From positions 94,366,001 through 94,430,000 of the forward strand of contig NC_087436.1 in assembly GCF_036321535.1 (NCBI RefSeq): a stretch of DNA of 64,000 nucleotides, given 5' to 3'. Positions within the stretch are counted from its first letter, which is position 1. Each line of letters opens with the position of its first letter. Shown piece after piece: positions 12,365 through 26,112 of the stretch. Below the pieces are notes generated by a model. It was not told the DNA's origin, ran no database searches, and worked only from the letters and a program-made list of their open reading frames with translations. A program made the translations under genes and the position numbers. Origin of the DNA: Camelus dromedarius. Lineage: Eukaryota.

Positions 12365-13820
12365 TTATTATTTTTACCTTTTTGTTTTGAAATAGTTTTA
12401 GATTTTCAGAAAAGTTACAAAAATAGTACAGAGTTTGTGTATACCCTTCCCACAAGCTTCCTCCAACATCAACAACTTGAATAACCATAGTACAAGGATC
12501 AAAATCCAGACATTAACATTGCTACAGTACTATTAACTAAACTATAGACCTTATTCACACTTTACCAGGTTTTCCCTTAGTGTCCTTTTCTGTCCCAGGG
12601 TCCAATCCAGAATCCCACACTGCATTTAATTGTTGTGTCTCCTTAGTCTCCTCCAAACTATGACAGTTCCTCGGTCTTTCCTTTCCTCGGTCTTTCGTTA
12701 CCTGAACACTTTTGATGAATTATTGGTAGTCATTTTGTAGGCTCTCTCTCAATGTGGTTTCTCTGATATTTTCTAATTTAAAAAAAAAATACCGCAAAGG
12801 TGGTACTATGTTCTCAATGCATCGTATGGGAGGATACCCAGTATCAGTACGTCTTATTACTGGTGGTACTAATCTTGATCACTTGGTTAAGCTGATATCT
12901 ACCAGGAGGTATAATTAGTATTATTTTCCCTTTGTATTAATAAATATCTTGAGGGAGTTACTTTGAGACTATGCAAAAATCTTGTTTTTCTTCAAACTTT
13001 CACTCACTGGTTTTACCATCCATCAGTGGATCTTGCCTGCAACAATTATTACTATTGTATTTGCCTAACAGAGATGGTGTATTTGCCTCTTTCATTCTAC
13101 ACCTATTACCTGGAAATTTTCTGTGAGGAATAGCTGTTCCTTCTCTCTAATTTACTTGTTTAATTATATTGATGTCAATATGGACTCATGGGTATATATT
13201 TTATTCTATGGTTTATAATTCAGTATTATCATTATTTATTTTGTTTCTCAGATTGTTCAACTTTGGTCATTGGAAGCTCCTTCGAGCTAGTTTCTGTGTC
13301 CTTTTGATATGTCCACTTCCTTTTTTAAGCATTCCCTTATTTTCTGGTACCACAAGATGTTCCAGGCTCATCCTGCCCCAGCCCTGGAATCAACACTTCT
13401 CCAAGGAGCCCCTGGTTCCTTTTACTAAAGAATGTTATTAGGAACTTATCTGGGTGCTAGATGTGCTCTTTGCTACTGGGGTATCATTGCTCCTAGGCCC
13501 TCTTAGTGAACAGAGCTAAGGAATCACATGTATGCATATTAATGCATTCATGCACCCACACATACACATATAAAACTGAGTTTATTCTGACACCATTGAT
13601 TCCAATTCAACACTACAAGGTTTATTCTAGCCTTTTCTTTTCCTTTACTTGTAACTTATTTCTCCAACAGTAAGAAAACCTGGCTCTCATTATCTGCAAT
13701 ATATTCACTCATTTCTTCAATCCTAGTATACACATAAAGTAATACACATAGAGAATGCTAACTCCTGAGAAATGTGAGAAACAGATTTACTAAGTGGAAT
13801 GCAGTATTTGTGTAGTTTTT
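12365..13820 (-). mobile_element. Old L1M (L1MC-like) 3'UTR
   Basis: Starts ttttgttttgaaatagttttagattttcagaaaagttacaaaaatagtacagag, the typical antisense L1MC 3' end; long diverged body follows. Confidence 0.75.
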
Positions 13821-14257
13821 TTGTTCATTGTCCAGGCAGTTCATTGCACACTCCCTTTATGACAAAGTGGTACAGTTGGTTTATCTAAAACATGTGAGTG
13901 AAGAAGAAGCTTGGAAATGCTTTTTGATGACACTTAGTGTTGTGCTACATACACAGAACATGCTCAATTGCTGTTTGGAAAGTGGGTGAATGCATGTAGG
14001 AATGAATGAGGATCCAAGAAGGAAGGGACTCTAAAACCATCATCATAGGAATTCAACTGAAAAATTGAAAGCTTGATTTAGCACAGAAATTCATTCCTTC
14101 TCTAAAGATTTAGATCTTTTCAAATTAACTTTGCAGAGTCCCTGTGCTATTTGGAATAGTATTCCACATATGCAGACATAGAAAGCAAAAAGTTACCCAG
14201 GCTCATATTAAATCAATGCAGCTCAAAATTCCAGCTAGAGTGTCACTTACTGTGATA

Positions 14258-15300
14258 ATCTGTCACATTTAGGTTGCTTCCATGTCTGGGCTATTGTAAA
14301 TAGTGTTGCTATGAACATTGGGGTGTGTGTATCTTTTCGAATTAGAGTTCCCTCCAGATATATGCCCAGGAGTGGGATTGCAGGATCATATAGTAACTCT
14401 AGTTCTAGTTTTTTAAAGAATTTTTTTGAAGGGTGGGGAAGAGGTAATTAGGTTTATTTATTTATTTATTTAATGGAGGTACCAGGGATTGAACCCAGGA
14501 CTTTGTACATACTAGGCACACGCTCTACCATTGAGCTATATGTCCCCCTTAAGGAATCTTCGTATTGTTTTCCACAATGGCTGTATCAATTTACATTCCC
14601 ACCAACAGTGTTGGAGGGTTCCCTTTTCTCTCACACCCTCTCCAGCATTTATCGTTTGTAGACTTTTTAATGACCAGCGTGAGGTGATACCTCATTGTAG
14701 TTTTGATTTGCATTTCTCTTATAATTAGTGATATTGAGCATCTTTTCATGTGCCTATTGGCCATCCGTATGTCTTCATTGGAGAAATGTCTGTTTTAGGT
14801 CTTTGGCCCAATTTCTGACAGGGTTGTTTGTTTATTTGTTTGTTGAGTTGTATGAGATATTTGTATATTCTGGAAGTCAAGCCCTTGTCAGTCATATCAT
14901 TTCCAAATATTTTCTTCCAGTCCATCATAGGTTGTCTTTTCCTTTTGTTTCTGGTTTCCTTTGATATGCAAAAGCTTATAAGTTTAATTAGGTCCCATTT
15001 TTTAATTTTTGCTTTTATTTCTATTGCCTTGGTAGACTGCCCTTGGAGAACATTGCTATGATTTATGTCAGAGAATGTTTTGCCTATATTCTCTTCTAGG
15101 AGATTTATGGTGTCCTGTCTTATGTTTAAATATTTAAACCACTTCGAGTTTATTTTTGTGTATGATGTGAGGGAGTGTTCTAACTTCACTGACATGCAGC
15201 TGTCCAGCTTTCCCAACACCACTTGCCAAAAGACTGTCTTTTCTCCATTGTATGTTCTTGCTTCCTTTGTCAAATAATTGACCATAGGTGTGTGGGTTTT
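14258..15300 (-). mobile_element. L1 ORF2 3' fragment, interrupted by a SINE
   Basis: Minus ORF 14746-15285: [29 protein letters not shown]...KAKIKKWDLIKLISFC. Confidence 0.92.
14426..14548 (-). mobile_element. tRNA-Ala-derived SINE inserted in L1
   Basis: Reverse complement reads ggggac atatagctcaatggtagagcgtgtgcctagtatgtacaaagtcctgggttcaatccctggtacctcca plus tail. Approximate TSD ttaaagaattt / ttaaggaatct. Confidence 0.88.
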
Positions 15301-16222
15301 GTGTAGTTTTGTTGATGTTGTTGTTGTTTCTTGGGGGTTGTATGAGAAAAAATTTACATCTTTATTTTCACTTTTCTCTTACTAAAATTTATCATGTTCT
15401 TCAATTATTGTGAAAAATTGCTATGATAACATTAGCATTTGTGTGTGTGTATGTAGTTTTTTGTCTTCAGTCTTACAGCATCTAATCCATATTCTGTTCC
15501 CTTGTATTTTTAATACCTTCTTACTGCCTTCTCATCAGCATTTAAACACCTTAACCTTCTCCCCTATGAAAAACACTATTTCTTATCCTACAGTCTCCTT
15601 CCACTATGTTCCTAGTTCTGAAAGCACTTGAATATTTCTATACTCACTGTTTTCATTTCTCCTCTTATCTTCACTCTTGAACTCACTGCCTCTGACTTCC
15701 ATTGCCACATCTCCCCAGAAACTCCTCTTACTACAATCACTTCTAATCAGTGTGTTCTAATAATCAACAGGCAATTATTTGCTTTGCTTGACTTCTCAAA
15801 AAAAATTTTTATATACTTTGCACTCTCTCATCCCTTGACAAGTATAGTATGGACTCTCCTAGTTTTCCTGCTACCTCTTTGGCTACTCCTTGTTCTTTAC
15901 AAGTTCCTTTTCTTGTCCCTTAAACATTGATGCTTCCATGATTCTTTCAGCATCCTCTTCCATTCTTACTGTCTGAATACTCTAAATATAGCTAATGATT
16001 TTTAATTACCATCTCTATAAAAATGACTCTAAAATCTAGAACTGCAATTTAGGTATTTCCAGTGGGCACCAAGATTATATATCCAAATACCCTTTAACCA
16101 ATTTTCACTTGAATGTTTCATAGCAACTTCAAATTCAATGTGTTTAATTATCAACTTGTTATTAGGCTGCGTTCTCCTCAATAAGCATATTTTCAAAAAT
16201 TTCTTAAAACTCTCTTTCCCTT

Positions 16223-16841
16223 TGAGACAGGAGGGAAGAGGGCAGAGTATAGCCATTGAAGGAATGATACAGCAATTAGCACCAAGATGGTGGAAGGTTC
16301 AACTCCCAGTAGACCTGGAGGCCCAAGATGGTGGGAGATTCCACCTCCAGTGGACCTTCATTATACACATTGTAATATATTAACATGATAAATGACACCC
16401 CCACATGTGCCATGACACCAGAGGCTAACATAAAAGGTCAAAAAGAGGGTGGTGGCCCAGTTCCTGGGACTCCCCACCCTCTTCCCCAAAGTAGTTGGGA
16501 TAATCCTCATACTTGGTAGCATATAAGAACTAGCAACACTGCACCTCAGGCCTCTCTTGCTCCTTCACCTTCCAAGATGGCCTGCACTCTGTCTATGGAA
16601 TGTGTATCTACTTTCACTTGAAACACCCAACCCCGCACCTCTTGGCCTTTCTCTTACCTTCTGAGATGGCCTGCACTCTGTCTATGGAGTGTGCACCTCT
16701 CTAAATAAATCTACTTTTACTCAACTATGGCTTGCACTTGAATCCTTTCCTGCTCAAAGCCAGGGACCCTCACTTGGCAGGTCCCCATCTAAGACCTGGG
16801 ACATGGCCATCCTCTCACACCCCACTTATTTTCCTGTATCA
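16223..16841 (+). mobile_element. Solo ERV LTR, copy 1 of 3 of the same family
   Basis: Termini TGAGACAGGA...TCCTGTATCA (inverted repeat), AATAAA at ~16704, homologous throughout to 36731-37362 and 37953-38575. Confidence 0.9.
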
Positions 16842-17499
16842 GTTTAACTTAATCTAAGACTTAATATAAAAGAATGAATCCTTTTTCATACTTTGTTCAG
16901 TAACTCTGAAATGTGACACATTGTTAAAAACAACACATTTCCTAACATTTAATTCATATTTGTCTAAAAATTTTAAAGAACTTTTTGTAGCAATGAACTC
17001 CTTATATCCCAATATCATCTCTCAGTCTCTCTCAATAAAAAAATTAAATATTTAAATACTTATATTCCATTTAGATTGCATTCCTTTCAGCTCCAAAAGT
17101 TAGAATTTTATATATTTAAATTTTGTTTAAAGTACTAACTAATGAAGAAAATTCATCTCTAGTGTCCTTTTAATTACAGTTACAGTGTGTCCTGAAGTTT
17201 CCAAATACCTGGCCTTCATTCATGATTTTTCTCTTTATTACATTCTGTACTTCTCAGTAATAAGCAATAAATTTCTAAGTCTCAGACATTCCAGCTCCTA
17301 CTAAGCCCCATTTCTCTCCGTTCTTGCACTACCGCTCTATTCCAGGCATCTTTATCTCTTTCTTAGATCACTGCAACTCACTCCTAACTGGTTTTACTTC
17401 CCCAGCCTTGCTCACGCACACACAATTAGCTATACTGCCAACAGAGTATTCTTTATAAAATGTAAGTCTAGTTAGGTCACTTTCCTTTAAAGTTTCCCT

Positions 17500-19010
17500 T
17501 TTGTGCTCCAAAAGACAACATCAAGAAAGTGAAGGAAAAAAAGAAAAAACCCACAGACTAGGAGACATATTTTGCAAATCATATATTTGATACATATGAT
17601 TTGTAAAATATGTTAAATATATGATTAGCTAGAATGTATAAAGAACAAATGCAACTCAATAATAAAAAGACAACCTAATTTAAAAATGGGCAAAGGATCT
17701 GAGCAGACACTTCTCCAAAGAAGATATACAAATGGCCAATAAGCATATGAAAAGATATTCCACGTTATTAACTGTCAGGTATTAACCCTGTATTTCTGAC
17801 ACTTTGACATCTGGGGGCCTTGCTAACCCTGAAGCACTTTCCTTTCCCAGGGTTAGCCAATTTTTATAGACAGTAAAAGACTTGCCTTCAGTCATGCCTT
17901 TCATATGCAAACCAACCAATCCAGAGTCCATACCAGTCAATCACCTCCTTTATCAGATTCTTTTACTCCAGGCCACTATTTCCCTACCTAAGCCCCAAGG
18001 GCCAGATAACAGACCAGTGGGAGCAGCCCCTATGTCCCTGGGCTATGGAAATTATTCAACCTGGCCAATCTTAAACCTGCTTACTCTGCCCTACCTGTTC
18101 CTTCCCACGGAAACCACAATAAAAACTCTTGACTGCATTCCTCTCCCCTCCAGACTGAACTTGGTACTTCCCCTTGTGGCTCCCTCTGCAATGGCATAAC
18201 AGCTATCATTTCAATGGCTTTTCAATCTGTTGACCTTGGCATTCCTGAATAATAACAAAACCTACATTTCAAAACAGAAATGCAAATTAAAAACACAATG
18301 AAATGCCTTATCATACCCACTAGGATGGCTGTTATCCAAAAAAAGATGGACAATAACATATATTGGCAAGGATGTGAAGAAATTAGAACTCTCATATATT
18401 GCTAGGAGGAATGTAAAATGGTGCAGGCAAATGGGACACAGGGTAGCAGTTCCTCAAAAAGTTAAACATATAGTTATTACATGATCCAGAAATTCCACTT
18501 CTAGGTATATACCCAAGAGAAATAAAAACATGTCCATGCAAAATCTTGTACTTGAATGTTTGTAGCCACATTATTCACAATAGGCAAAAAATAGAAATAA
18601 CCCAAATGTCAATCAACTAATAAATGAAATGTGATATATCCATGAAATAGAATATTCTTCATCCATTTAAAAAAAAATGAAGTATTTATCCATACTGCAA
18701 CATAGATGAAACTTGAAAACATGGTAAATGCGAGAAGCCAGTCACAAAGGATCTCATATTGTATGATTCCATTTATATGAAAGGCCCAGAATAGGCAAAT
18801 GGATAGAGATAAAAAGTAGATTAGTGGTTGCCTAGGGATGAGGGATAAGGAGTAACAACTAAAGTTGTTTCTTTGGGGGAAAATGTCCTAAAATTGATTG
18901 TAGAGATAAATGCACAATTTTGTGAATATACTGAAAGCCATTGAATTGAACACTTTAAATGGGTGAATTGCTTGGTTTATGAATTATATTTCAATAGAGC
19001 TTTAAAAAAA
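17500..19010 (+). mobile_element. Old L1M (L1MB-like) 3' region interrupted by an LTR
   Basis: aaatgggcaaaggatctgagcagacacttctccaaagaagatatacaaatggccaataagcatatg continues as gaaatgcaaattaaaaacacaatg after the LTR; ends gaattatatttcaatagagc. Confidence 0.88.
17780..18276 (+). mobile_element. MER74-like ERVL solo LTR
   Basis: tttgacatctgggggccttgctaaccctg...catatgcaaaccaaccaatccagag...ccacaataaaa...aaaaCA matches recalled MER74 landmarks. Confidence 0.75.
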
Positions 19011-19197
19011 GAAAACTTTACAATAGTTTCCCCTGCTCTTAAAATAAAAGCTAAATCACTAAGATTAATAGGGCAATAAGGACTCTGGCTCCAGCTAATT
19101 TTTCCAGTGTCATCACTCACCAGTCTTCTCTTCATCCTCCTTTACTCTTATTCTAGCCATGCTGAACTTTGTTGTTGTTGTCATTTCCCTGAAGATG

Positions 19198-21130
19198 TGT
19201 GGTGGTTTTAAAATATGTCTACAAGATCTTTGACACTCCTTCTTTCAAGAAGTTGAAGCATACTTCTCCCCTTAAGTATGGGGTAGATTTAGTGACTCAC
19301 TTCTAATGAATAGAATGTGGTAGAAGTGATGTTGTATGACTTCTAAGACAAGGTCATAAAAGGCACTGTGGACTTGCTGTTTCTTGGGGAAGCTGCCATA
19401 TTTCAAAGATACTCAAGCAGCCCTGTAGAGAGACTCATGTGGTGGGGAACTCAGGCCTCTTCCAACAGCCATGTGAGTGAGCCATCTTGGAAGCAGATCC
19501 TCCAGTCAAACTTTGTCAGGCATCCAGATGACTACAGCCCCAGCTACTGTCTTGATGGCAAACTCATGAGAGATTCTGAGCCACAATTACCCGTTAAGTC
19601 ACTTCCAAATTCCTGACCACAGAAAATGTGAGATAATTTAAAATTTTTTTGGTGATTTGACATTTTTATTTTAGGCTAAAAAAGACCCCACAAAAATCAA
19701 ACAAAAACACCAAACAAATAAACAACAACAACAAAAACTTGAAATAGGCTTGTCAAATTATGGAAATTGTTCTTTTCCAGGGAAGCAGATGGAAGACCTG
19801 TGGAGGTTATCCTCAAGGCCACATACATCCTGCTTCACTGCTGCTTGCCCTCTTGGGTTTCAATTCTTTTTAGAGTTACAGTCTGGATCATTTTCCTTAT
19901 CTCCTTCTTCTTCCCCTTCCTCATCCTCCTCTTCACCTTCTTCATCATCATCATCGTCTTCTTCTTCAGTAGCTTCTCCAGTTAAGTATGACACCGATCT
20001 GGGGATGATACAATCATATAAAAAATGACCACTTTCAAAGTCTGCAGCAAGGATAACTTCAGCAGCAACATGCAGAGGGCAAAAAAATTTAAGCAAGTGT
20101 CATTAGAAACTGTTTTGGTCACAGTATGAACTGTCCCAAGTCCCTTATGTTTCTGCTTCTTAATGGTTTTCAAAGTGACAATCTGTTCCCTTTTTTTTTT
20201 CAATCTATCTGGCACCTTGTACAACCCATGATTTTTGGTCCATCAAAAGAAAAGAGATCAGAATCATCTGGTTCTGACTTCATTCTATATGTCTTTGTCA
20301 ACACTTCATTTGTGAAATATTCACTGGGTTCAAAGTGAAATTCAAAACTCATAGGCTGGCCTGCATCTAAAAACTTCACTTTAATATCTTTTAAATGCTT
20401 CATAATAAGTTTATCATGTTCCTAAAACATACCACTAAGTAAGTCAACATTCTTAAAAACAGTCAACTAAAATTCAGGAATTCCCTTGTGGTCTTCTTTC
20501 TTTTTATCTTTTTTCTCGTCTTCAATGTTGGCCTTTTTTTTCAACTCTTCCAAAATTTCACCTTCCTCATCTGGTTTCCATTCACATTCTTCTTCCATAG
20601 GTTCATAAATTGCATTGATGATCTTAAATCGCTTACGAATAGAGAGGCTGATAGAGAACAGCATACTTTCTTTCAAGATCATGAACTTCCTCAAAGAATT
20701 TGGCTGCTGTCTGTGTACATTTAACTTGAAGGTTTTCTAGAGCACTGCTCATCTTATAATTACCGTAGGCAAGCTTTCGATGTATCCTGTTGATGTTTCT
20801 ACCAGACCATCAAGTCTTTCTTGAAGGACTGCAAGTATCTGAGGATTTTGCTGCATTTGAACAGTCAGCTGGCATGCTTCAATTTTTGTTTCTTTTTCTA
20901 CTTTTTCAACGTCAACCAAATGTTGATCAAGTTCAGACTGTTCTTTGTTGTCAATGTCTACATTGTTGTGAGGACTTCAAATATTGGTGGCTAGCATGGG
21001 GAGCCAGGTGGCCAGAGCTGCACAGACAGTCACTCAGGGAGGCAGCGGAGGGGAGCGGGAGGCAGCACCATGAGCAGATGGCACTGAAAAAGCAAATATT
21101 TGTTTCTTAAGCCACTAAATTTGGGGGCTT
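19198..21130 (+). mobile_element. MLT1F-like MaLR LTR (19198-~19640 and 21094-~21130), split by the NAP1L1 retrocopy
   Basis: Starts tgtggtggttttaaaatatgtc, runs to cctgaccacagaaaatgtgagataa, and resumes aaatatttgtttcttaagccactaaatttgggg after the pseudogene. Confidence 0.8.
19644..21092 (-). pseudogene. NAP1L1: Processed pseudogene of nucleosome assembly protein 1-like 1 (CDS remnant 19835-20963)
   Basis: Intronless. Peptides IINAIYEPMEEECEWKPDEE...KGIPEF, KHLKDIKVKF.DAGQPMSF...FTNEVLTKTYRMKSEPDDSD.FSFDGP, ILAADFE.GHF...IIPRSV.Y.TGEA plus acidic tail. ATG at 20963 is followed at once by TAG. Many frameshifts. Stop at 19835-19837. AATAAA (minus) at 19665-19670. Confidence 0.96.
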
Positions 21131-22104
21131 AAAAAAGAGAGAAAAGAGAGAACATATAGTATGACATGCTACCTGTCATCTCCAAGCCAAACACCATAAG
21201 GTATTTACCTCATTAACCCCTAGTCATTCTTATATTTATCAGTTTCAAAGTCATTTTTTCCCCAGGTTTCTTTAACTACTGATTCAATCCCCCTGCTACT
21301 TGCTACCACATCACATATCCATTAACTGAGTCATTTGTACACCCCAATAGACTCTTAAGTTCAGTGAGGTCCCATATAGGATCTGTCTTGTCAGCATCGT
21401 GTCCCTAGCACCTGCCACAGTGCCCAACATATGGTAAACTATAAATAAGTATTTGGGGAATTAATGGTTAAATGAATGAATGATTGAATGGGGAGATATA
21501 AGGAGCTAAATAAATGTAATGAGATAAAGAACCCATGTGTGCAGAGACTACCATGAGAGCACAGAGGAAAAGCGTTTAATTCAATCTGTGCCACTCACTT
21601 ATGGTGTGACTTTTGGCAAGTTACTAATGTCTCCATCTCTCATTCTCTCTAAGGGGCAGTTTCCTTATGTATAAAATTAGGATAATATTTCCTGCCTCAA
21701 ACAGTTGTAGTATTCATAAGGTAACACCTAGTAGAAAAAAGTAATAACACCTGGGAATTTAGAGAAGAGCAATATGAGAAACGAATTCCTGGGTCTTAAA
21801 GCATGAGTAAAAATTAGGCAAAAAGATGGGGGGGGATATCTAGGCAGAGAGAAAAGCAGAAAGAAAGTTTCAGAGGTTAGAGGTAGCGAAGTGCATGCAG
21901 AAAACTTCATACAATTCAGAGTAGAAAGTGCAGGGAACGGAAGTGGCAGAAAAAGAGGCCAGAGATAGCAATATGGAAGGTGTCCTATGTTATAGTCCAC
22001 CTTTGGAATGCAGTCTGAAAAACAAAATTGGGACCATTGAATGGAAGTGAGTTGGTCATATTTGGATTAGGCATATGATTCTGATTAACTTAAAAGTCAG
22101 TAAT

Positions 22105-22830
22105 CTTCACACCCACTGAGATGACTATAATAAAAAAGATGAACAATAACAAGTGTTGACAAGGATATAGAGAAATTGGAACCATCATACATTGCCATTG
22201 GTTGTGCAGCTGCTTTGGAAAATAGTCAGGCAGTTCCTCAAAAATTAAACGTAGAGTTACCATATGATACAGCTATTCCACTCTCAGATATATACATAAG
22301 AGAAATGAAAACACAATTTATCCTCTCAAAAATGTATACATGAACATTCATAGCAGCATTACTCAGACAAAAAGTGGAAACAGCCCAATGTCCAACAATT
22401 GATGAATGGGTAGATAAAATGTGGTACAGCCATACAATGGAACCACAGAATTCGTCTGTAAGAAGAAATATCAATTTGTGCTATAACATAGATGAACCTT
22501 GAAAATATTATGCTAAGTAACAGAAGCCAGACACAGAAGTCAGATACATGTTATATAATTCCATGCATATATATATATATATATATATACATACATAAAG
22601 TTTAGAATAAGCAAGCCTGTAGAAACGGAATGTAGATTAGTCAATTAGGATTAGGGCATGTGGAATAGGGATTGTGACTGCCACTAGGTAAGGAGTTTCT
22701 TTTTAAGACCATGAAAATATTCCTAATTTAGATTATAGTGATGGTTGCACAACCCTGTGAATATACTAAAACCACTGTACATTTGAAATGGGTGAATTTT
22801 ATGGTATGTGAATGATATCTCAAAAAATAT
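22105..22830 (+). mobile_element. Old L1M (L1MB-like) 3' end
   Basis: aacaagtgttgacaaggatatagagaaattggaacc...gcagttcctcaaaaattaaacgtagag...gtatgtgaatgatatctcaaaaaa. Confidence 0.85.
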
Positions 22831-23575
22831 GTTTGTTTTTTCTTAAAAAGCCAATACTCTTTCTGTAGATTATTATGCTGCCTGATTATTACTATTATTA
22901 TTATTTTATAGGTTTCTCTTAAATACATGTGAAATTACATGTGTGCCATAAAAGGTATACATATTTTGATTTACAATATTGCCTTTTGTAGCATTAGATT
23001 TTTACTTCTTTGTCCACTTATAAAATTTCTGATGCAAAAAAATGGTTTTAAAAGTTCCCAATCTAGTCACATCCTTAGTTTAGTATTATTTCCAACGTAC
23101 TGAAGAAGTAACATTTCTCAGAGCTCATGGCAACTATAATATAAACATTGGAGACAGATTTTCCTCATACAGTTAGTACTTTAAACAAAGCTTAAAATAT
23201 ATAAATTTATGACTTCCGGAAATAAAAGAAATTTGATCTGAAAAGAATATAAATATATATCATTGTTTTGAGTCAACAGAAAACGTAATGTCATGTTACT
23301 ATGCAAGAAGTTACTTGCTACAGCACAGGGAATATAGACAATATTTTATAATAAGCATAAATTGAATATAATCTGTAAAAATTTTGAATCACTATGTTGT
23401 ACATATGAAACATATAATATTATAAATTAACTATACCTCAAAAAAAGTAACAAAAAAAAAAGTTCTTTGCTACAAAAAAAAAAAATCACCATAGAGTTTT
23501 CTTCCCCACTTAAGGCTGTCTTATCCCACAAGTCCTGCAAGGTATTTGATGACTTTCAACAAAGGGGAGAAGGTT

Positions 23576-24158
23576 TGATAGCAGAATTCTAAGATGACTC
23601 CAATGATTCCTGCCCTCTGATGTATATGTCTTGTGTATAAATACCTCCCTCTGAGTGAGACCAAGTGAATATGATGGAGTATCGGCCCCATGATTAGATT
23701 ACTAATCAGTGGACCTTGGGTTAATCAAAAAGGAGATTATCTTTAGTGGACCTGCCCTAATCAGGTGAGCTCTTTAAAAGTAGGTGAACTGTCAGAGAGA
23801 TGATTTCCTGATGGCCTTGAAGATGAAGCAAACTGTTATGTTGTGATAAGGTGCCATGAGGTAAGGACCTGAGGGCAGCCTCTAGGAGGTGAGAGCAGTC
23901 TTCAGCAAACAGCTAGCAAGAAACAGGAACCTCAATCACATAACCACAAGGAATTAAATTCTACCAACATTCACAATGAGCTTGAAAGAGGACCCTGAGC
24001 TTCAGATGAGATTGTAGCCATGGTCAACACCTTGATTTCAGCCTGGCAAGACCCTGACCAAAGGAGCCAGCTAACCCAGACAAGACTCCTGACCCATGCA
24101 TGTTGTTTTAAACTATAAGTCTGTGATAATTTTTTATGCATCAAAAAAAACTAATACA
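23576..24158 (+). mobile_element. MLT1E-like MaLR solo LTR
   Basis: Begins gcagaattctaagatgactcc and ends aaaaactaataCA, with typical MLT1 internal motifs. Confidence 0.75.
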
Positions 24159-24204
24159 GAGGAGATAAGAGACAAGCCAACTTCCCTTAGTTTTTCTTTT
24201 TCTC

Positions 24205-25580
24205 TCTCTTTTTGAAATTGTGGTTTAAAAAAAAAAGCACATAACATAAAATTCACCATCTTACCCATTTTTAAGAGTGCAGTTCAGTAGTAAGTTTACT
24301 CACATTGCTGTGAAACAGATCCCTAGAAATTTTTCATCTTGCAAATCTGAAATTCTTTTCCTATTAAACAACAGCACCCCTTTCCCCTCCCTTCTGCCTC
24401 TAGTAATCACCATTTTACCTTTTGTTTCTATGAATTTGACCACTTTAGATACTTCATATAACTGGAATCATACAATATTTGGCTTTTTGTGTTTTTTTAA
24501 TTTTTTTATTGAAGTAGTTGATTTACAATGTTAGGTTCAGGTGTACAGCAAAGTGATTCAGTTATACATATATATGCATTTTTTTTCAAGTTCTTTTCCA
24601 TTATAGCTTATAACAAGAAATTGAATATAGTTCCCTGTACTATGCAGTACTTCCTTGTTGTTTATCTATTTTTTATATAGTGATGTGTATCTATTAATCC
24701 CAAACTCTTAATTTATTCCTTCCCCCCCACCCCAGCTTTTGGTGACTGGCATATTTCACTTAGCATAATGTCCTTAAGATTCACCCATGCTGTAGCATAT
24801 GACACGATTTTCTTACTTTTTAAGGCTGAATAATATTGTATTCTGTATATACACTACATTTTGTTTAGCCTTTCATCTGTCAATGAGCATTTAGTTTGCT
24901 TCCACCTCTTGGATATTGTGACTAGTGCTGAATGAATGTGGGTGTGCAAATATCTCTTTGATATCTTGTTTTCAGTTCTTTGCAGTATATACCCAGAAGT
25001 AGGATTGCTGGATTATACAGTAGTTCTATTTTTAATTTTTTAAAAAACTGCCATTATGTTTTCCATAGCAGTTGCACCATTTTACATTTCCACCAATAGC
25101 ACACAAGGGCCCTAATTTCTTCACATCTTCCCTAACATTTGTTATTTTCCTTTTTTTTTTGATAGTGGCCATTCTAATGGATGTGAGATGATATCTCATT
25201 GTGGTTTTGATCTACATTTTCCTGATGATTAGAGGTGTTGAGAATCTTTTCTTATGTGTGTTGCTTATTTGTACACCACCTTTGGAGAAATGTTTATTCA
25301 AATTCTTTGCCCACTTTTTAACTGAGTTATTTGATTTTTGAGATATAGGAGTTCTTTATATATTCTAGATATTTACCCCTTGTCAGATATACGATTTACA
25401 AAAATAATCTCTCACTTGGTAGGTTGCTTTTTTATTCCATTGACTGTGTCCTCTGATGCACAAAAGTTTTAGTTTGAAGTAGTCCCATTTGTCTACTTTT
25501 GCCTTTGTTGCATATGCTTTTGATGTCATATCCAAGAGACCATTGCCAAGTCCAATATCATGAAAACTTTGACTCTTTTT
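24205..25580 (-). mobile_element. L1M 3' region with a younger L1 3' tail nested at ~24495-24735
   Basis: Antisense L1 motifs (acataacataaaattcaccatc; atatacccagaagtaggattgctgg). A second 3' end, ttttattgaagtagttgatttacaatg, sits inside. Confidence 0.85.
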
Positions 25581-26112
25581 TAAATCCCAGGAATGCTCTC
25601 CAGACTTAGATTTTTCAGATTACCTATGATGAAAGCCTAGTTTTTTCTTCCCAATCCATCACCAATTAATACTTCTATAAAATATGATAAAAATTAATTA
25701 CTAGAAAATTAATCTAAGAAGAACAAAGACATCAAAAATATAAGTTGACATTTTTATTATTAAATTCAACAAACATAAATTATTCTGTCAAATTACTATA
25801 AAAGTCTCTAAATGCTTGTTCTCAATTTCCATAATTACCTGGACACAGACAAGTAATAGTAGTTCAAGAAAGTCACTTTGACCCAGTCCTCTATTCCCTA
25901 GAAAGAAACCAACTCTACTATGAACAGAGGAGAGGACTCAGAAACACCTATGTAGGTGCTCTTGAAGGTAAACTGATTGAAACGGCGACTGTGGGATTTG
26001 TCCTGAAGCTGAAAGTGTGCATAGCACACACAGACTACTTTTACTTAGATTATATGTTTATTTGTAGTGGTTTATGGAGGTGAGGGTAGCTGATGAAGAA
26101 TGTGACACCCCC

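Noticed and set aside
19835..20963. Functional NAP1L-family retrogene
   Set aside because: TAG at codon 2, and the homology is broken over several frames.
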